Positions 59,264-64,000 of a stretch of 64,000 bases of DNA are shown piece after piece (the stretch's first letter is position 1; each line of letters starts with the position of its first letter). The notes under the pieces are model-generated. The model worked only from the letters and a program-made list of their open reading frames with translations. It did not search any database and was not told where the DNA came from. This stretch comes from Verrucomicrobiota bacterium (GTDB lineage Bacteria; Verrucomicrobiota; Verrucomicrobiia; Limisphaerales; AAA164-E04), in assembly GCA_047947115.1 (NCBI GenBank), contig CP170459.1:3104001-3168000 (forward strand), written 5' to 3'. The position numbers were made by a program, and so were the translations under genes.

Positions 59264-61945
59264 ATGCGTAAGCAGTATCCATTCGACCTGATCGAATCCA
59301 AACGTCAACGCATCTGGGATGAATCCGAGGCATTCCGGGCATGGAACCCTGGAGAATCCATCCCTGAGGATCACCCCTTTTCCCAACGGCATGGCCTGAC
59401 AGGGGCGGTGGCGGCCTCTCAACTTCCACCAAAGTATTACATTTTGGATATGTTTCCGTATCCATCGGGTTCCGGGCTTCATGTGGGACACCCGGAAGGC
59501 TACACGGCTACCGACATCCTGGCTCGATATCGTCGTTCAAAGGGGTTTAACGTGTTGCACCCCATCGGATGGGATGCGTTTGGTTTGCCTGCCGAGCAAT
59601 ATGCGATCAAGACCGGCCAACACCCCCGCATTACCACTGAGGCCAACATTGGTAATTTTAAACGCCAGATCAAGTCCCTGGGCTTCAGTTATGACTGGTC
59701 CCGTGAAATCGACACCACCGATCCGGACTATTTCCGCTGGACGCAGTGGATTTTTCTGAAGCTGTATCATTCCTGGTTCAATCCGGAATCCAAAAAAGCG
59801 GAACCCATCGAGACATTAAAAATTCCCGATCACCTTGCAGATGAAAAGGAGAGGGCCGCCTTTCGCGATGATCATCGTTTGGCCTTTGTTGCGGAAGCGC
59901 CCGTCAATTGGTGTCCCGAGTTGGGAACTGTATTGGCCAATGAAGAGGTTGTTGACGGCAAAAGCGAAGTGGGAGGTTTTCCTGTTGTTCGTAAGCCCAT
60001 GCGGCAATGGATGCTTCGCATAACGGCATTTGCGGAAAAATTGTTGGAGGGGCTGAATGATATCGAATGGAGCGATTCGCTCAAGGAGATGCAGCGTAAT
60101 TGGATCGGTCGATCTGAAGGTGCCGAAGTGCATTTTAAAGCGGCGGATCATGATGAGACCATCACGGTGTTCACCACTCGGCCGGACACCTTGTTCGGTG
60201 CGACCTACATGGTGTTGGCGCCCGAGCACGCTCTGGTTGATACACTGACGACTGAGGAACAAAAGCAGGCCGTCGAGGAATACCGGGAGTATGCCTCCCG
60301 AAAAAGCGATTTGGAACGCACTGAATTGGCCAAGGAGAAAACGGGTGTGTTCATTGGAACCCATGCCATCAATCCAGTCAATCAGGAGCGTATACCGATC
60401 TGGATTGCTGATTACGTGCTCTCAACCTACGGAACGGGTGCAATCATGGCAGTTCCTGCCCACGATGCCCGCGATCTGGAGTTTGCTGAGAAATTTAACC
60501 TTCCCGTACTGAAGGTGGTGCAGGCCCCGGAAGGGCAGGATTCCATTGGTTTCGTAGGAGAGGGGACCAGCGTTAATTCAGGGTTTTTGAATGAACTCAG
60601 CACACCGGAAGCCAAGCAAACCATGATCGAATGGTTGGAAGAGCAGAAGTTTGGCAAGCGTCGTATTAATTTCAAGTTGCGCGACTGGTTATTCAGCCGT
60701 CAACGCTTCTGGGGCGAACCGTTTCCGATATTGTGGAAGGACGGACAGCATCGTTCGGTCGGTGAACATGAACTTCCAGTGATGCCTCCCGATTTGTCCG
60801 ATTTCAAACCCACTTCTGATGGCGAACCGCCTCTGGCTCGGGCCAAGGATTGGGTGACCTTGTCCGATGGTTCGGTCCGCGAAACCAATACCATGCCTCA
60901 ATGGGCGGGCAGCTGTTGGTATTACTTGCGTTACCTGGATGCGCGGAATAATGAACGGTTCTGCGGTGAAGGGGCGGAATCGTATTGGATGGGTTCGGAA
61001 TCTTCATCCGCGAATCCCGGTGTTGACCTGTATGTCGGAGGGACAGAGCATGCCGTGTTGCATCTGCTCTATGCACGATTCTGGCATAAAGTGCTGCATG
61101 ATCTGGGATTAACCACGTCAACCGAGCCCTTCTTCAAATTGGTCAATCAGGGATTGATCCTTGGTGAAGACGGCCAGAAGATGTCCAAATCACGCGGAAA
61201 TGTGGTGAATCCGGACGAAATTGTTCAATCCTTCGGAGCCGATGCTTTCCGTCTCTATGAAATGTTCATGGGACCCTTGGAAATGTCCAAGCCATGGAAC
61301 ACCAAAGGTGTGGAAGGGGTTTACCGCTTCCTCGGACGTGTCTGGCGTATGTTGATCGACGAGCGGAGTGAGGTTGACTTCGAGCAGCATCTTGCGGCCG
61401 ATGCTGAAAAAGAAGAATCCATCTTGTCCGAGCTGAAATTGCATGCTGCTGTCCAAAAAGATGCTAATCCATCTCCGGAACAGCTTAAGTCCCTCCACAC
61501 ATGCATCAAAAAAGTGACGGAAGACCTGGATGGCATGCGTTTCAACACCGCCATCTCTGCCATGATGGTATTCGTCAATGATGCCATGAATTGGGAGGTG
61601 CGCCCCAGTGCGTGCATGAAAACGTTTTTGGTGCTGCTGCAACCTTTTGCGCCTCACCTGGCGGAAGAGCTTTACGGGATGTTGGAAGGGGATTCGAATC
61701 TCGTGATCGCCTATCAACCCTGGCCTGCTTTTGATCCGGCTTTACTCGTCGAGGACACCATTGAAATTCCGGTTCAAGTGAACGGAAAATTGCGGGATCG
61801 AATCAAGGTGCCCCGGGATGCCGACCGACATGCCATTGAAGAATTGGCCTTGGCTTCTGAAAAAGTCGCCCCTTTCAAAGATGGGAAAACGGTGAAAAAA
61901 ATGATCGTCGTTCCAGGAAAACTCGTTAATCTAGTCATACAGTAA
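59264..61945 (+). CDS. leuS: Leucine--tRNA ligase
   Basis: [44 protein letters not shown]. Confidence 0.97.
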   Translation: MRKQYPFDLIESKRQRIWDESEAFRAWNPGESIPEDHPFSQRHGLTGAVAASQLPPKYYILDMFPYPSGSGLHVGHPEGYTATDILARYRRSKGFNVLHPIGWDAFGLPAEQYAIKTGQHPRITTEANIGNFKRQIKSLGFSYDWSREIDTTDPDYFRWTQWIFLKLYHSWFNPESKKAEPIETLKIPDHLADEKERAAFRDDHRLAFVAEAPVNWCPELGTVLANEEVVDGKSEVGGFPVVRKPMRQWMLRITAFAEKLLEGLNDIEWSDSLKEMQRNWIGRSEGAEVHFKAADHDETITVFTTRPDTLFGATYMVLAPEHALVDTLTTEEQKQAVEEYREYASRKSDLERTELAKEKTGVFIGTHAINPVNQERIPIWIADYVLSTYGTGAIMAVPAHDARDLEFAEKFNLPVLKVVQAPEGQDSIGFVGEGTSVNSGFLNELSTPEAKQTMIEWLEEQKFGKRRINFKLRDWLFSRQRFWGEPFPILWKDGQHRSVGEHELPVMPPDLSDFKPTSDGEPPLARAKDWVTLSDGSVRETNTMPQWAGSCWYYLRYLDARNNERFCGEGAESYWMGSESSSANPGVDLYVGGTEHAVLHLLYARFWHKVLHDLGLTTSTEPFFKLVNQGLILGEDGQKMSKSRGNVVNPDEIVQSFGADAFRLYEMFMGPLEMSKPWNTKGVEGVYRFLGRVWRMLIDERSEVDFEQHLAADAEKEESILSELKLHAAVQKDANPSPEQLKSLHTCIKKVTEDLDGMRFNTAISAMMVFVNDAMNWEVRPSACMKTFLVLLQPFAPHLAEELYGMLEGDSNLVIAYQPWPAFDPALLVEDTIEIPVQVNGKLRDRIKVPRDADRHAIEELALASEKVAPFKDGKTVKKMIVVPGKLVNLVIQ

Positions 61946-61989
61946 CCCGATTGAAACACAACGAATCTACCATCAAACATTGAATCATT

Positions 61990-62853
61990 ATGATGCATCG
62001 CAGAACATTTTTGAATCGTACCTTGACCGCTGCCGCTGCAGCAGGCGCCACATGGTTTGACGTGCCGGCCATCCTTGCCGACACACGCGAGGAATCTTTC
62101 AAAAAATACGGCGGTTTTCCCATGGGGATTCAAAGTTATTCATTGCGTGGATTTGGTGTGGATGGAGCTCTTGAGAAGATCGAGGAATTGGAACTGCATT
62201 ACACCGAGATGTTTCGCATGCATTATCCGCCCATTCCCGATCCGGTGAAAATCGGTGAAATGAATGCAAAACTGGAAAAACACGACATCTCAATTTCGGC
62301 CCATGGCGTCCAGTCCTTTACTGATAACCACAATCAGAACAAAGCCTTTTTCGAATTCGCCAAAAAGGCGGGCATCCGTAATATTAGCGCCAATCCTGAA
62401 CCAAATTCCTTCGAAAGCCTGAACAAACTGGTAGCGGAGTATGATATCCGGATCGCAATCCATAACCACGGCCCAGATGCCCTTTATGACGCGCCCCTTG
62501 ATGCCTTAAAAGCGGTGGCGGGTTACGATAAACGTATCGGATTCTGCGCTGATTTGGGACATTACATCCGATCGGGTGTGGACCCGGTTGAAGTCGTTTA
62601 TCAACTTGGAGATCGACTGTATGGAATTCATCTGAAAGATTTCGCCGAACAGAAGAAAAACACCAAAGGCGTCATTCTTGGTCGGGGGCATTTGGATGTG
62701 GAAGGTGTATTCAAAGCCATGAAGAAAGTCGGCTTTCCTGCCGACGGTGCCTTATCCCTCGAATACGAGGAGAATCCCCAGAATCCCATGGACGACATCC
62801 GAGCTTGCCTGAACGTGGCCGCCGAAGCTGCGCAGAGGGTTGGTAAGGGGTGA
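61990..62853 (+). CDS. Tat-exported sugar phosphate isomerase/epimerase (xylose isomerase-like TIM barrel)
   Basis: RRTFL Tat motif; QSYSLR, HNHG, DLGH, HLKD, LEYE. Confidence 0.88.
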   Translation: MMHRRTFLNRTLTAAAAAGATWFDVPAILADTREESFKKYGGFPMGIQSYSLRGFGVDGALEKIEELELHYTEMFRMHYPPIPDPVKIGEMNAKLEKHDISISAHGVQSFTDNHNQNKAFFEFAKKAGIRNISANPEPNSFESLNKLVAEYDIRIAIHNHGPDALYDAPLDALKAVAGYDKRIGFCADLGHYIRSGVDPVEVVYQLGDRLYGIHLKDFAEQKKNTKGVILGRGHLDVEGVFKAMKKVGFPADGALSLEYEENPQNPMDDIRACLNVAAEAAQRVGKG

Positions 62854-63025
62854 TTTTTGTTTGTTCGTATTCTCAAATGTCACGCTTTCAATTGATTGGG
62901 TGTTGATTGGCTGTTCCCAAGAGTGGAGTTTTAAATCTTCGGGATACTTGATTTTTTGTATCAATAAGATGTTGACAAAAGGAAGGTTGATCGAAGATGA
63001 TTTACTCGCTCATATACGTGGAATT

Positions 63026-63034
63026 TGGTATAAT
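63026..63034 (+). promoter_or_regulatory. Extended -10 promoter element
   Basis: Perfect TGGTATAAT in an AT-rich intergenic region. Confidence 0.45.
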
Positions 63035-63347
63035 CTGTCGAGGGGCAAGTAGTGTCGACTGAGGAGGATTACTGCTCTGCTTAGCCAAAACGATCTCTGA
63101 TCAGCTCCCGTAAAATGAAGCTTAACCGACATCAGTGGTGACGTGTATTTTTCTCGACGCCTGCCGATCAGTTCAGGGAACCCAAATCCACTTCAAAATG
63201 AGGTTGTGCTAAAGCAATTTAACATGACGACTCACTCGTGTTTGTGGTTATCAGGGTTGATTGATTTGTGCAAATCCGGTCAGGCAATCCTTGTCCGTTT
63301 TGTGCCTGAACCAACAGGGTTATTGTTAACATTGCCACATTTTGACC

Positions 63348-64000
63348 ATGATAAAATTGTCTAACACTCGTCCTTTTTTAGGTAGAAGCTATTCGGATGC
63401 TTGCTTGTGGATGGGACTTCTTTTGACGAGTTTCTTCCATGTTACTGGTTTCGCCCAGACTTCAATTACTCAGGGGCATTCCGAAAACCCGGATGCAGCA
63501 GATTTATTAGCCAATATACATTCAGAGGACGATTTGCTCACCTGGCAAAGCGAAGCAATCTTGACCTCAATGACCGACTCTAATAAGCATTTTATAACCT
63601 GTAACTTAGACCTCCATGCGGAAACGAAAGAATCCCAGATGATAACCAAGGCGATTCAAGAAGCAGAAGGAGTTCTCTACGATTTACCGAATCGAAAGGA
63701 TTTTGCGTCTTTGCTCGAAATGGCTTTTGGCAATGCTGGTTCTGAAATTTCGTCTTTCGAAACGCGCTTAGTCATGCTTCAAAGAGAACTAAATGGTAAC
63801 GGGCTCGAGTTGCCATTGGAGTTACGACAGGGTAAGGAAATGGAAGGCATTCTGGCCGCTTACGCAGAATCATCTCCAGATGGCAGTGAGCGGATTTATG
63901 TCAATATGGATTGGGTCTCTCGCTTGCCCTCACCAAGGCAACTGACATCCGTGCTCCTTGAAGAAGCTGGACACGCCATTGATCGGCGTCTCAATGGAGC
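63348..64000 (+). CDS. N-terminus of a probable large secreted/surface protein; runs off the window
   Basis: Manual translation MIKLSNTRPFLG…WMGLLLTSFFHVTGFAQ…GILAAYAE…ERIYVN…VLLEEAGHAIDRRLNG; open to the end; absent from the ORF track. Confidence 0.7.
   Translation, partial: MIKLSNTRPFLGRSYSDACLWMGLLLTSFFHVTGFAQTSITQGHSENPDAADLLANIHSEDDLLTWQSEAILTSMTDSNKHFITCNLDLHAETKESQMITKAIQEAEGVLYDLPNRKDFASLLEMAFGNAGSEISSFETRLVMLQRELNGNGLELPLELRQGKEMEGILAAYAESSPDGSERIYVNMDWVSRLPSPRQLTSVLLEEAGHAIDRRLNG

Noticed and set aside
63143..63583. Track ORFs 63143-63364 and 63401-63583
   Set aside because: No motifs, and both overlap the better-supported frame starting at 63348.

Overview
Chromosomal segment of a PVC-superphylum bacterium, most likely a Verrucomicrobiota member of the Pedosphaera/Limisphaera type. 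This is inferred from the PVC-type CxxCH proteins, a prepilin-like H-X9-DG protein, DUF1080 proteins and a sulfatase. The window mixes housekeeping genes (xerD, lpxB, two unlinked LptF/G permeases, clpC, a dihydrouridine synthase, uvrC, gmhA, dapL, nadB, panC, leuS) with carbohydrate and redox accessory genes. I saw no rRNA, tRNA, CRISPR array or intact transposase. The most interesting signal is non-coding: a self-contained minus-strand unit of about 190 nt at 10866-11159. It has a sigma-54-type -24/-12 promoter, an upstream TGTCA-N8-TGACA palindrome, several hairpins, a 29-codon ORF whose AUG is buried in a stem, and a 12-bp intrinsic terminator. Other items: a GH42-like gene that is frameshifted and lacks the acid/base Glu, a gene split by one in-frame TAA, an AT-rich nucleotidyltransferase plus small-protein pair, an ECF/anti-sigma/RDD operon, a copper-plus-heme multidomain protein, several REP/MITE-like repeats, and two edge-truncated genes missed by the ORF track. 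All product calls come from motif recognition by eye, with no database searches.
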